A DNA stretch of 37,590 nt from Blastocystis sp. subtype 4 (lineage: Eukaryota): positions 1 to 37,590 of the forward strand of contig NW_014569470.1 in NCBI RefSeq assembly GCF_000743755.1, read 5' to 3'. The notes beneath the pieces were generated by a model that was given only the letters and a program-made list of their open reading frames with translations, was not told the DNA's origin and did not search any database. Positions within the stretch are counted from its first letter, which is position 1; the number at the start of each line of letters is the position of its first letter. A program made the position numbers and the translations under genes. Of the stretch, positions 1 to 10,381 are shown piece after piece.

Positions 1-89
1 AGCAGGAAGTGGAGAACAAGCTGGACGCTCTCTCTACTATCTACAAGAAGCTTACTAGCAAGACCATCAAGTTCGAGTTCAAGAACTAA
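1..89 (+). CDS. RPS7: 40S ribosomal protein eS7, 3' end (partial)
   Basis: Frame from nt 3 reads QEVENKLDALSTIYKKLTSKTIKFEFKN*, resembling the eS7 C-terminus; TAA at 87-89; TCTTTGTT at 116-123. Confidence 0.85.
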   Translation, partial: QEVENKLDALSTIYKKLTSKTIKFEFKN

Positions 90-339
90 GTTGATGTCAA
101 AGGGTGACTGAATGTTCTTTGTTGGATATAGATTTCCACTTTGTTGAGATAGCATGTTTTATGGGAAGGGGCAAATTATGGAGACGAAGATGGAAATAAT
201 ATCACTATCGGACTAGATCAATATAAACTTGTTTCACTAAATACTCTGTGTGGGTGCATGAGCGCAACAAGCCCCAAAACCGCAAATCACGTGGCAGAAA
301 TCTGGCTTCAGAGAAACAAACAACAAAACCATAAAAGCG

Positions 340-2680
340 ATGCCCAAGAGAGATACAACAGATGGATTGCTAACAAGAGAGCAGATTGATGCTGGTATCA
401 CAGAGGTCGCTTCACATTCTGTTCCCAGTTCTACAGGACAAGGAGGACGTCGAATTGGCCACATTATACGTCCTAAGAAGGGTATAATACTATTATGATG
501 TTGAATAACATGCAGGTGCTACCACTATCAATTCTGTGAATATTGGGGATTATCAAGACCTTTCTAATTCTGATTCGCAAAAACCAGAGAAAGTGAAGGA
601 TGGGAGAAAAAAAGGACCAAGGTTTGTGTTAGAGGTTGTCGATTCTCTTCTAGTTTTGAGAATCTTAACAAGCAGTTCTTTGAGTGGGTTGACTATCATT
701 GGAAGAACCATCCTACTGCCAATTGGACTGTATTCCTAATGGTGCTGTATTTGTAATGGACTTAATTATAGGAATATATTGAGTACGCTGAAGCTATCCA
801 GGATAAGTATGATAAGGATCATTCTTTGGATCCCAAACCTCATGTTATTTCAATTTCACAGCCACCATTACCTCCTACTTTGCAGAAAATAGCGTCTTCT
901 GGAGGTAATTCCTCTACAGTTCTATCGAATTCTGCAATGTCAGAGGGGCATACAGGGACGGATTTTGGTACTGAAGGACTTATATTTTCGAATCCGGCTG
1001 TCTATACACCCACGAACGTGTACAATGACGATCCTAAAGATAAGTCTGATATCAAGCCCACCCCATCCTCTTTAGAGACGAAGTCAACAGATAAACCTGA
1101 AACCAAATCTGTTCGTATGTTCCCGCTGGATCTCAAGCCTACTGATGATAAGTCTGCTGATGATAAGCCAGCTCCTGTGTTCTCCTTTGGTGCTAAATCT
1201 GATGATAAGCCAGCTGTTGACAAACCTGCTGCTCCTGTGTTCTCGTTTGGAGCTAAGCCTACTGCTGATAAATCTGCGGCTCCTATGTTCTCCTTCGGAG
1301 CTAAGCCTGCTGAAGATACCCCTAAACCAGAATTCTCCTTCGGCAAATCTGTTGACCAGCCAAGTAATGAGAAGCCAGCTCCCGTATTCAGTTTCGGAGC
1401 CAAGTCTGATGATAAGTCTGCTAGTGACAAGCCAGCTCCTGTCTTCTCGTTTGGAACTAAACCTGCTGATGATAAGTCTGCTGCTGACAAACCTGCGGCT
1501 CCCATGTTCTCTTTCGGAGCCAAGCCCGCTAATGATAAGTCTGCTGATGACAAGCCAGCTCCTGTGTTCTCCTTTGGTGCTAAGTCTGATGATAAGCCTA
1601 CTGATACCAAATCAGCCCCTGCTGCTCCTGTGTTCTCCTTTGGAGCTAAGCCCACTAGTGAGAAGCCTGCTGATACCAAATCAGCCCCTGTGTTCTCTTT
1701 TGGAGCTAAGCCCGCTAGTGAGAAGCCTGCTGCTCCTATGTTCTCATTTGGAGCTAAACCTACTGATAAGCCCAATGACAAACCAGCCCCTGTGTTCTCT
1801 TTCGGTGATAAGCCTGCTAGTGATAAACCTGCTGCTCCTGTATTCTCGTTTGGAGCTAAGTCTGCTGATGACAAGTCTGCTGATGACAAGCCTGCTGATG
1901 ACAAGCCTGCCGCTCCAATGTTCTCTTTCGGAGCCAAACCCGCCGACAAGCCTACTGATGATAAGCCTGATGACAAGCCTGCCCCTGTATTCTCTTTTGG
2001 AACTAAGTCCACTGATGACAAACCTGTAGCTCCCATGTTCTCCTTTGGAGCTAAGCCTACTGATGAAAAGCCTACTGATGATAAGCCTGCTCCTGTGTTC
2101 AGCTTCGGTGCCAAACCGGCTATGGACAAACCTACCTCAGCTCCTACTTTTTCATTCGGGGCCAGCACACAGACTAGTTCTTCTGATCCCAAACCAGAGT
2201 TCAGTTTCTCGTTCAAGAGCAATCCGAATACACCCAACTTCACCTTCAATTCCAAACCAGAAGAACCTCAAACAACAGAAGAAGACAATACAAAGCCAGA
2301 GGAAGATGATACGAAGATGTTGGGCCAAGAAGGAGTGACAATCCTTCACGCAGTACGAGCTCGTGTGTACTATTTCAATGAGGAAACAAAGCAATGGGAT
2401 AGTCGTGGTGTAGGAACGTTCCGTATTGAAGAGTTTGTGTAAGAAATGGGAGAGATGATGAGATATAGAGATGACAAGAAGAAACGATTGATCTTTGTTA
2501 TTGATAGTGGTTCTGTGAAGGTCAATTCGAGCTTTAGCAACAAACTTCATATCAATGTAGCGAAAAATTCACTCACTCTACCTCTTATTGATGAGGGTAA
2601 GTTGCATTCGTTCTGCATTAAGGTAAAAACGGAGGCAGAAGCTCAGGCACTGAAGCAGAAGATTGAAGAATCATTTGCTT
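340..2680 (+). CDS. NUP50: Nup50/Nup2-like FG nucleoporin with C-terminal Ran-binding domain (multi-exon)
   Basis: N-terminus MPKRDTTDGLLTREQID...RRIGHIIRPKK; spliced LNKQFFEWVDYHWKNHPTANWTVFLMEYIEY resembles the Nup50 second domain; 18 FSFG repeats; RanBD-like RARVYYFNEETKQWDSRGVGTFRI. The 3' end is placed at the predicted poly(A)-completed stop T2680; the genomic TGA is at 2692-2694. Confidence 0.85.
1168..2160 (+). repeat. Coding tandem repeat, 18 x FSFG (typically PAP[VM]FSFGAK..DDK)
   Basis: Counted in the ORF 826-2442 translation; DNA repeats such as gctcctgtgttctcctttggagctaagcct and gatgataagcc are visible. Confidence 0.95.
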
Positions 2681-2684
2681 TTCT

Positions 2685-2692
2685 TGTTTGTT
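2685..2692 (+). terminator. GU-rich polyadenylation element TGTTTGTT (Nup50)
   Basis: GCT-T-ttct-TGTTTGTT: an in-frame T sits 4 nt before the motif. A second copy is at 2704-2711. Confidence 0.85.
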
Positions 2693-2769
2693 GAATAGAT
2701 AGTTGTTTGTTCGTTCCGCGGGAATTTCTCGAATGCCATTACACATTAAAAAGATCTAGATATCCTATC

Positions 2770-3840
2770 ATGGCTTGTAAGGGAAAATCAGTTGTAATCT
2801 TTTCGACTTTAGGAATCATGGTGCTGATTCCCCTAGCTCTTTACGTTATTGCAATTGTAGCTCCTCTCTTCTATAGTAGTAGATCCAAATTGATCAAAAA
2901 GTACTCGCTTGGTACTGAGTTCAGCTCTTAGATACAATCAGAGAGCAAGAATCTGGAATGAGTACGGTATTCCCGAGTTTAAGGGTGCATTATTCACTGC
3001 AAGTGTTAACGGTCAGCAAACATTTCTTCAGCCTAACACTGAAACCTTTGGAGAGAATTATCCTATTCGTGACAAGTGTAATCGTAAAGGAGATCCTAAG
3101 ATTGGTTGCATTACAACGGAAGCCTATCATTATACTACAGACTTGCATTATGATGATAAGAACGAAGTGGAAGTTGTGATCCGAAACGGTGGCAGTGGAG
3201 CAGTCATATTTAACTCCACATATAAAGCTACCAGAATTAGGGGATTGACTTGGGAGTCTATGGGTTGTTCAAGCGTAGAAACGTGCAAACCCATCTGTGA
3301 TTTATATGGAGGAGAAATTCAGGAAAAATCTCGTGTTTGCATGTTTGATGCTTACTTGAACGAACTCTGTTATCGTGTGATTTTGGATTCTAATGGAAAT
3401 TACAAAATCGATCTCCCTCCTGCGTGGGACTTGTATCCTGGAACAATCATGCCAGGATGTGAGTAGGGATTTATAAATGAATCGATAGTAGTTATGATCT
3501 CTCTTGGAATGAATATTACTACACTCCTGGAGTACGTTCGTCGGTGAAAATCACAATCCGCAACTATCGTGATTCGTACATCCAAGCTAGTAGTCTCACC
3601 ACAGGATGTTCCTCTAGCAATGAGAAAGAGACCTCTTGCTTCCCTACTAGTTCCGACGATGATTTATATCTCCAAAATTTCTGTTTCTACATGAAATTGG
3701 GAGCTATCGGTATCTGTTTTATTGAAGTTTGCGTAAGGTGAGATGGAACTATTGAAATCTAGTTCATACTTATCGCGAGTTGCGTATATGCCTGTAAACG
3801 ATACAAGGAGAAGAAAAGTACAGTTAGAGGAATGGAATGA
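2770..3840 (+). CDS. Uncharacterised membrane protein (two predicted TM helices flanking a Cys-rich luminal domain)
   Basis: MACKGKSVVIFSTLGIMVLIPLALYVIAIVAPLF hydrophobic N-terminus; intron 2901-2931 and two further ~30 nt introns join the ORF pieces; hydrophobic C-terminal segment then basic tail; TGA at 3838-3840. Confidence 0.65.
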
Positions 3841-3876
3841 AACATAGATTCAAACCGAATGCGTCTTATGTATTGA

Positions 3877-3893
3877 TCTTTGTTTCACAAACA
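3877..3893. terminator. Back-to-back poly(A) elements: TCTTTGTT (+, 3877-3884) and TGTTTGTG (-, 3893-3886)
   Basis: Lies between convergent stops at 3840 (+) and 3911 (-). Confidence 0.65.
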
Positions 3894-3910
3894 CTTTCAC
3901 GAAAATGGTT

Positions 3911-4925
3911 TCAAAGCATACTAAGTACAGAATCACTATTGTAAACTGGAAGATTTCCAGTATAATAATAATCATCAAGAATTACACTATCAGGATTGTC
4001 ATATGTTTGACAATCGAATAACTCACTTGAATTTAGTCTATTCATATCATGTGGATAAGATGCTGCATCCTCGCCTAGAAAGACATCTGTAGTCTGAGGA
4101 ACACTTCCCATCGTCATAGGTTCAATCTCGATTCTAGATAGAGGCAGAATCGAATTAGAACTGGAATCACTAGCAGGAAGTGATGCAGGCATTTGTTGTA
4201 TCTTTGAGTTGGGGACATAACCCTGAAACGAATTCACTGGCATAGAGTAATTGGTGGTCACAAACGGAGAAGCAGAGAGAAAGACAGGAACAGAATATGG
4301 CCGTTTTTGGCACACTTCTGACTGTCTATCAATCTGTCGCAATTGCGTTTTCAGTCGAGTGTGAATACGGCTTCGAATGCAGTGATAACGATTCTTAACA
4401 TCATTCTCACTCCTTCCTGGAAGATGCTTCTTGATTATACTCCACTTGTTTCCCATCTCTCGTTGTAGATTCATTAGAATTAAATCTTCCTCTTGAGACC
4501 ATGCTTGTTTCTTTATCGACGGATCCAGGTTATAACACCAACGCTGACGACACTAGATCCTGATACGACACAAACATACCTACTTGTTTTCCTGAACGAC
4601 CTGGAATGGACTCAGAAATCATCTTCCAGTGTTTTGTTCCATATTTGTTAACAAGTGAAGTCAACAAGATGTCTTCTTCTTGCGTCCACATATCCTAAGT
4701 ATTATACAAGCCTTCTATATCCACTTTTCGAGTGGTACGAGTTGTAGATTCAAATTGAGAGGCAAGGTTCGGGCACATCTTTAGGTTATTGGAACCCATC
4801 ATAATATCGTTTTGGGAATTACCGGAATCATCTGCAGATACTATTAGTAGCGTATCCTCCTAATACTCAAAAACAACAAGAATACGAACTATTTTCACTT
4901 TCACAGCAGCAGCCTTTGGCTCCAT
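3911..4925 (-). CDS. R2R3-type Myb transcription factor
   Basis: Spliced WTQEEDILLTSLVNKYGTKHWKMISESIPGRSGKQCRQRWCYNLDPSIKKQAWSQEED...GNKWSIIKKHLPGRSENDVKNRY gives two Myb repeats; three ~30 nt introns. Confidence 0.93.
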
Positions 4926-5067
4926 TACTGAATAGTAGAGTACAAGATGGTATAAAGAGATACTTGCAAATGGAAATAAAAAGGGATAGAATCGAACGAA
5001 CTCACTAAGAAAGGAAGGAGGAATGGAAAATAGACAAGCAATTCCAAATCCCCAAAGAAATTGTAAG

Positions 5068-5075
5068 AACAAACA
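5068..5075 (-). terminator. Polyadenylation element TGTTTGTT (Sec24)
   Basis: Exact motif 19 nt past the TAA at 5097-5095. Confidence 0.8.
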
Positions 5076-5094
5076 CCTCCGAAACAACCCAATC

Positions 5095-8000
5095 TTAATA
5101 TCCAGGATTATTTCCCGTAATCAACTGTACATATTCCGCATAACTATAATTACTTCCTGCGAACACATCCCGATCTTCGATAAATCTCCACCGTAACTTA
5201 CTAAATTCAGGATCCATCGCTCGTACAATGTGAAGAGGACAGAAATATGGGCGATCCACGCGAAGTTCTTCTAAGAGCAAATGCACCTTCTGACTGAACT
5301 CATTCTCAAGTTGGGGCAAGCGCACATTGCTGACATCATATCCATCCAAAGATGCTACTCCGAACAAGTCCATCATCTTATTCGGATCTACCTGTGCACC
5401 TAAAACCAACCACAGCGACACACCATCATCAACCAAATAAATGCCATCTGCTTGTAACGCTGAAAGAGACAAATTTGTAAGTGGTGGGAGAATCAGATTG
5501 TGTTCTCCATACACACGAACTCCTTCAGGTAATGAGTCTGGATCTTCTGTGAATGTACAGCACTATAATTAAACACAGAATATATCATTACTTGAGAATC
5601 CATATCTGTAAGAATCATTAAGGAAGGATAAAGGAGTTTCAACAAGACATCAAGTCCACTCATAACGATCTGCTCACGTACATACCAACGAGCATCACTT
5701 TTCTGTTCATTTCCACCACGACACAAACAACATTTCTGCATGGCCATCTATGATCAATCCACCATTTAACTACTACAAAATACAGTGGAATCAGATTCAT
5801 CTTATCTGGAATACCTTGATTACTAAGTCCTGCATCCTGGGCACGAGCACGTTTAATCAATTGAATACATGTCTGTTGGATCTTCTGGCGTGCGATCACA
5901 GGACCCACAATACGCAGATTGTCAGCAGCTATAAATTAGTCCAGATGCCTGTTCATACCTTGATGGAGAGTAATTGCTGTGATCACATCCTGATTCACAC
6001 GCTCAAATAGATGGCTCAGAATATTGCTGATCGGAATACTTAATGTGTGAACACGAATACGACGTTCACCGCGGGAATTTGTGTATAATAAGGCACCTTG
6101 GATTGGGAAGCATGGCATAGAGAGAACAGACTCGATAGAGAACTCCAACACCACAGTTGTGTCTGCATGACATACTGGCAGTACCATCAGATCAGTATTT
6201 GATAATGTGAAATTCCCGTGGAACATGCTGACTTTGGCACCTTGTGGAACACGCACACGATACACAGCTTCAAATCCAGTTTCACGAGTCAGATCATGAT
6301 AGATATCCCCAAAGAGAGCTTCAGCCTGAGGTCCCTCACTATGGAAGGAAGGATAATAGAAAAATTGCCCTCCAGTAGCATCGCATAGTCCAGAAATGGT
6401 TGGAAGATCTGCATACTGCGCTGCTCCTAAGAAGAAATCAACAGAAATCTGTTTCTCCACCAGAGCCACACCCAACTCGTGATACAAAGGTGTGCCTGGA
6501 CACAACAGATCCTTCTCGGCCTCTGTACCCAGCATGGCTGGTGTCTCACGGAGCTTAAGCTTTCCTGATCCATAGGAAGGCATGGAAGCTTGGAAAACCA
6601 TCAGTTTGCCTCCACAGTCCTCCAGAAGCTTAGCAGCAAACTGGATGGCGTTAACAGTACAAGTATCAACGTTCTTGGTATTCTGAAGCGAGACTGGGAG
6701 AGTCTCAAGGAATGTCTCGACAGCAGAACGATTGTCATTAAGATTGATAAGAAGAGAACTAGGAATAGGAAGGAACACTTCATCAATCTCACTCACAATC
6801 AACTGACGTGGTGTATTCCCCTACAAATAATGAATGAAACGAAGGTATACGGAAATTTTATAGAAATGAATTGACGAGTCAAAAGTGATGAAACTCACAT
6901 TGACAGTTCCATTCTCACACATCCCCAAGAGTCCATCAAGACTACTTTTGATAGCCGAACACACTGTCGAAACCATCCCTGAAGCTAAAGCCTGATATGA
7001 TACGTCTAGTAATTAGAACAATTCGATCAAGGAAACCAATCAGGAAGAGATATGTTGGGAACATGGGGGGACGCAGACAATACTCTGGTCCTGCAATAAA
7101 CTCAACCTGTCCCTTCTGAAGCTCGGGACGCTGACTTAGATCCAAACGCTTTCCATTCATATCTAATTGAGAGTAATACTCCGTTGGAACTAGATATGAT
7201 TAGAGAGATAGACGTCAACCATCATTGATGTATCCACACATGTTGCACTTCCAGCGACGACCACCATCAATAAACTGGATGAACGGATTCACGTAGAGAC
7301 GACAACGTTTGCATCGCTGTACTCCCATAGAACCCACAGCAACTACTGGAATGACTCCCTAAAAATGAGAACACATAATAAGAGCAACTCCATCCGAAGC
7401 CATAGGCCTGAAGATTCCACCGAAAGGCATTCCAGAAAGTCCTTGCAACGAGGTACTGTTGGGAGCAATCTCATAGGACAATTTGGCATATTCTTCATCT
7501 GGAAGCGCAGCAGGATCTGTTGCAGATGGAGCAGGAGCAGTAGAGTCATAGGTTGTTCCAGCTCCGATATAGGTAGGAGTTGTAGAAGGACCGCTCGTAC
7601 CACTCTCTGCACTATAATAAGGAGAGTTCATACTATCCGTCTGTGAAGCTGAAGCATATTGATAAGCATTCGAAGGCACCTGATAACGACCTTTCGTAGG
7701 AAGATAAGATCCTTGAACACTGCCAGTGGGAGGAGGGGGCATTGCAGATGTAGGAGGAGCTTGCGAATTCAAACTCATATTGGCCATTTGCTGTGTCATT
7801 GACGATACCGTCGGTGGAGGAGGGATACCACGTCCGGCTGACGGATTCGAATAAAATGCTGTATTCGGTTGAGAGAATCCAGCTGCCGGAGCAGGAAATG
7901 CATTTCCAGGAGGTCCCCTAACTCCATTCGGGTTCAAAGCGGAAGCTTGCTTGTTCGAAGTCCCACTTTGCTGTTTAGCTCTTAAGAAGGGATTGCTCAT
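5095..8000 (-). CDS. SEC24: COPII coat subunit Sec24
   Basis: Pro-rich N-terminus, zinc finger (RCKRCRLYVNPFIQFIDGGRRWKCNMC), RPELQKGQVEFIAGPEY, vWA trunk, TRETGFEAVYRVR, ALLYTNSRGERRIRVHT, gelsolin-like C-terminus. Confidence 0.95.
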
Positions 8001-8185
8001 ACCTAGAATTTGATGCTTCATCATTTCCATCAAAGAAACCCCGCGTGTACAGTGATCCGCACCAAATTCTCGTGCGTCTTTGTTACCAAAGAGATGGTTA
8101 TCACTATTCTAACAGAAGAAAAGACAAGATTCGATGCAACTATGGAACAAACAGAAAAGTCACGCATAAAACACACAAAAGACAG

Positions 8186-9171
8186 CTATCCCCACAAAAA
8201 AGACATCAAACCACCCTTCTCCTGTTCCTCAACTTCCTCTTCTCGTAACTCTTGCATCATCTCCCATTTCTTCTCCAATTCCAAATCAAGTTTCAACTTT
8301 AGTGCTTCAAGAGAAGCCAGTAACCCATTCTCACGTTCCTACCCCTTATCCCGATCTATAATCACTACCTGATGGTCACGCTCTAGTTCATCGACACGAT
8401 GCATAAACTGATCTGTAATCTGTCTATCCCTCAACTATCTCTTCGTTTACCTACACATTCACTTGTTTAGCTTCTTCTGCCTCCTTCTTTGCGATATCCA
8501 CTTCCTCACGAAGTCGATTCAACTCTTCCTTCAGCTTCGTTTGATCGGCAAGAGCCGATGAATAAGCATCCGAAAACTCCTCTACGACTTCTGGAGGAGT
8601 TACGGGTTGAGGTGGACCGAACGAAAGCTCATCGTTCCGAACCACTTCCTTCTCCTGAGATTGTTCATTCTGCTGGTGTGCATGCTCATCCTTTATCATG
8701 GAATCTTTGTAGTCGCCATCCTTCACTTCGATATGATTCTGTTCATGTTTTCGTGAATCCTCAAGTTGCTGCTGCAGTGCATTAATGCGCTCACGACTAA
8801 TTTCCAAGTCTATTAATTAGATCAACACCCCGATTAAACCTTTCTCTAGCTTTGCATTCACTTGTTTTTGTTGCGTCAAAAGAGCCTTCCAGTTCTCTCT
8901 TTCGGCCTGCATATACTGAGCACTATCTTCCCGCTTCAGAATGAAAATTTCACGTCGTCTAGTATCCAACTCTTCTTCAAGCAATTGGTACTGCCGTAGC
9001 ATTTCCTGTTTTTCCTTCTCCATCTTCTTCATGCGCACCATCATATCATTAATCTGTTCTAAGATATCATTTCGATCGGAGAACTCAAATACCCTCGTAT
9101 TGCATCTTCACCTTTACGAGATGGTCTGCCAGCATCTTGACTCCAAGAGGAGTTTCTCTATCATCATTCAT
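8186..9171 (-). CDS. Uncharacterised coiled-coil protein
   Basis: E/K/Q-rich exons joined by short GT-AG introns; ends GGLMSFLWG-TAG (8188-8186), followed by TGTGTGTT at 8177-8170. Confidence 0.7.
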
Positions 9172-9255
9172 AGTAAAATGAAACGAAATAGAGAGATGGT
9201 TGAAGAGGAATAGCGACTTGCCTAGTCCCACGGGAATTGCTCATTTTGTGATAAG

Positions 9256-9263
9256 AACAAACA
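9256..9263 (-). terminator. Polyadenylation element TGTTTGTT (MsrA-like gene)
   Basis: Exact motif about 72 nt past the stop. Confidence 0.75.
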
Positions 9264-9335
9264 AAAGAGTGCATTCTTGATGCACATGCGCAATAAGGGA
9301 CTACAATGGCATGCACCTGGACCGTATATAGAAGA

Positions 9336-10063
9336 TTACATCAACAGGCATCTGGGTCGTGTATGAGCAGCGTGGAGTCGACAGTCGGCTTTGATGCCGT
9401 CTGGGATGTTAATTCCATCTAGAATGCTGTCCACGTAATCGAGTGGGAACAATCCAGAGACCGCTGCATTGAGTCTGAAGGTGAGTGATAGAAACAACAC
9501 TCACTTGGTCACGAAAGGAAGTACATTGAATTCTTTAAACCATGTTTTCCAATCCCACTGGTATTCGTACAACAATTGTAACATCAGCGTTGGGACGTTT
9601 TGTAAGTAATATTTGTGATATATATGCTCTGCATCATGATAGGATGTTAGTGGTTTTACTACTGTTGCTACATCCCCCTCCTACACTTGAGACTTATGCC
9701 ATCTTCGTACCAGATTGTGCTTGATGAAGTATTCAGTTTCGTCTTTCTGTCGTTCATCAGTATAAAAGACAGAAGACATGTATCGAGAAGGGAAAACTGC
9801 AGAGTAGTCATGGTTCTCGAAAAACACTTCTAAGATATCGGATAGGGTTATCAGTTTCGTATTGTAATGAACCTCCACTACTTCGGTGTGATCACCTATT
9901 CGTCGATACGTTGGATGAAGTTTCACACCACCGGAATAGCCGATACGAGTGAACGTGACACCATAGAGTCCTCCAATGAGTGCCTAGAGTCGAATGGGGG
10001 ACACAATGATACTTCGGAACACCGGAAACTCTGCATTCCCAGAACAATCTTTGATATACTCAT
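9336..10063 (-). CDS. msrA: Peptide methionine sulfoxide reductase A-like protein with altered active-site motif
   Basis: Spliced KIVLGMQSFRCSEALIGGLYGVTFTRIGYSGG...PTYRRIGDHTEVVEVHY...YMSSVFY...YHDAEHIYHKYYLQ...TKLNAAVSG...RPRCLLM*; three introns. Confidence 0.88.
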
Positions 10064-10381
10064 TTTCGACAAGTGAAATAATGAGTCCGTCGCCACGAAG
10101 TCTTTGACATCTTGTCAATCCTGCAAATGTTATTTGCATAATTTGACATAGATACGATTCTGATGTTAAGAATAGATATTAGGAAGACAAACAATTTGGA
10201 TGATCTCTTCTTCTTCACTCAGTTGTTCTCATATTCATCATACACTTTTTTATCCCTTTTCTATACTCAAATACACCAAAATCCTAAGAAAACACATTCT
10301 AGCATGTGATTTGGTTCATAAAACCGCGGTTCTGGAATAGCCATAGCTCTCTTCATCATTATTGGAATACCTGGCGAGATC

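Noticed and set aside
1168..2160. Repeat-spacer appearance suggesting a CRISPR array
   Set aside because: The repeats are degenerate at third codon positions, the spacers are related to each other, the region is in-frame coding, and no cas genes are present.
1002..2255. Long antisense (417 aa) and alternate-frame (294 aa) ORFs over Nup50
   Set aside because: These are shadows of the stop-poor FSFG coding repeat.
9264..9335. Relatively long, hairpin-prone msrA 3'UTR as a SECIS element
   Set aside because: There is no in-frame UGA (the active-site codon is AGT) and no recognisable SECIS core.
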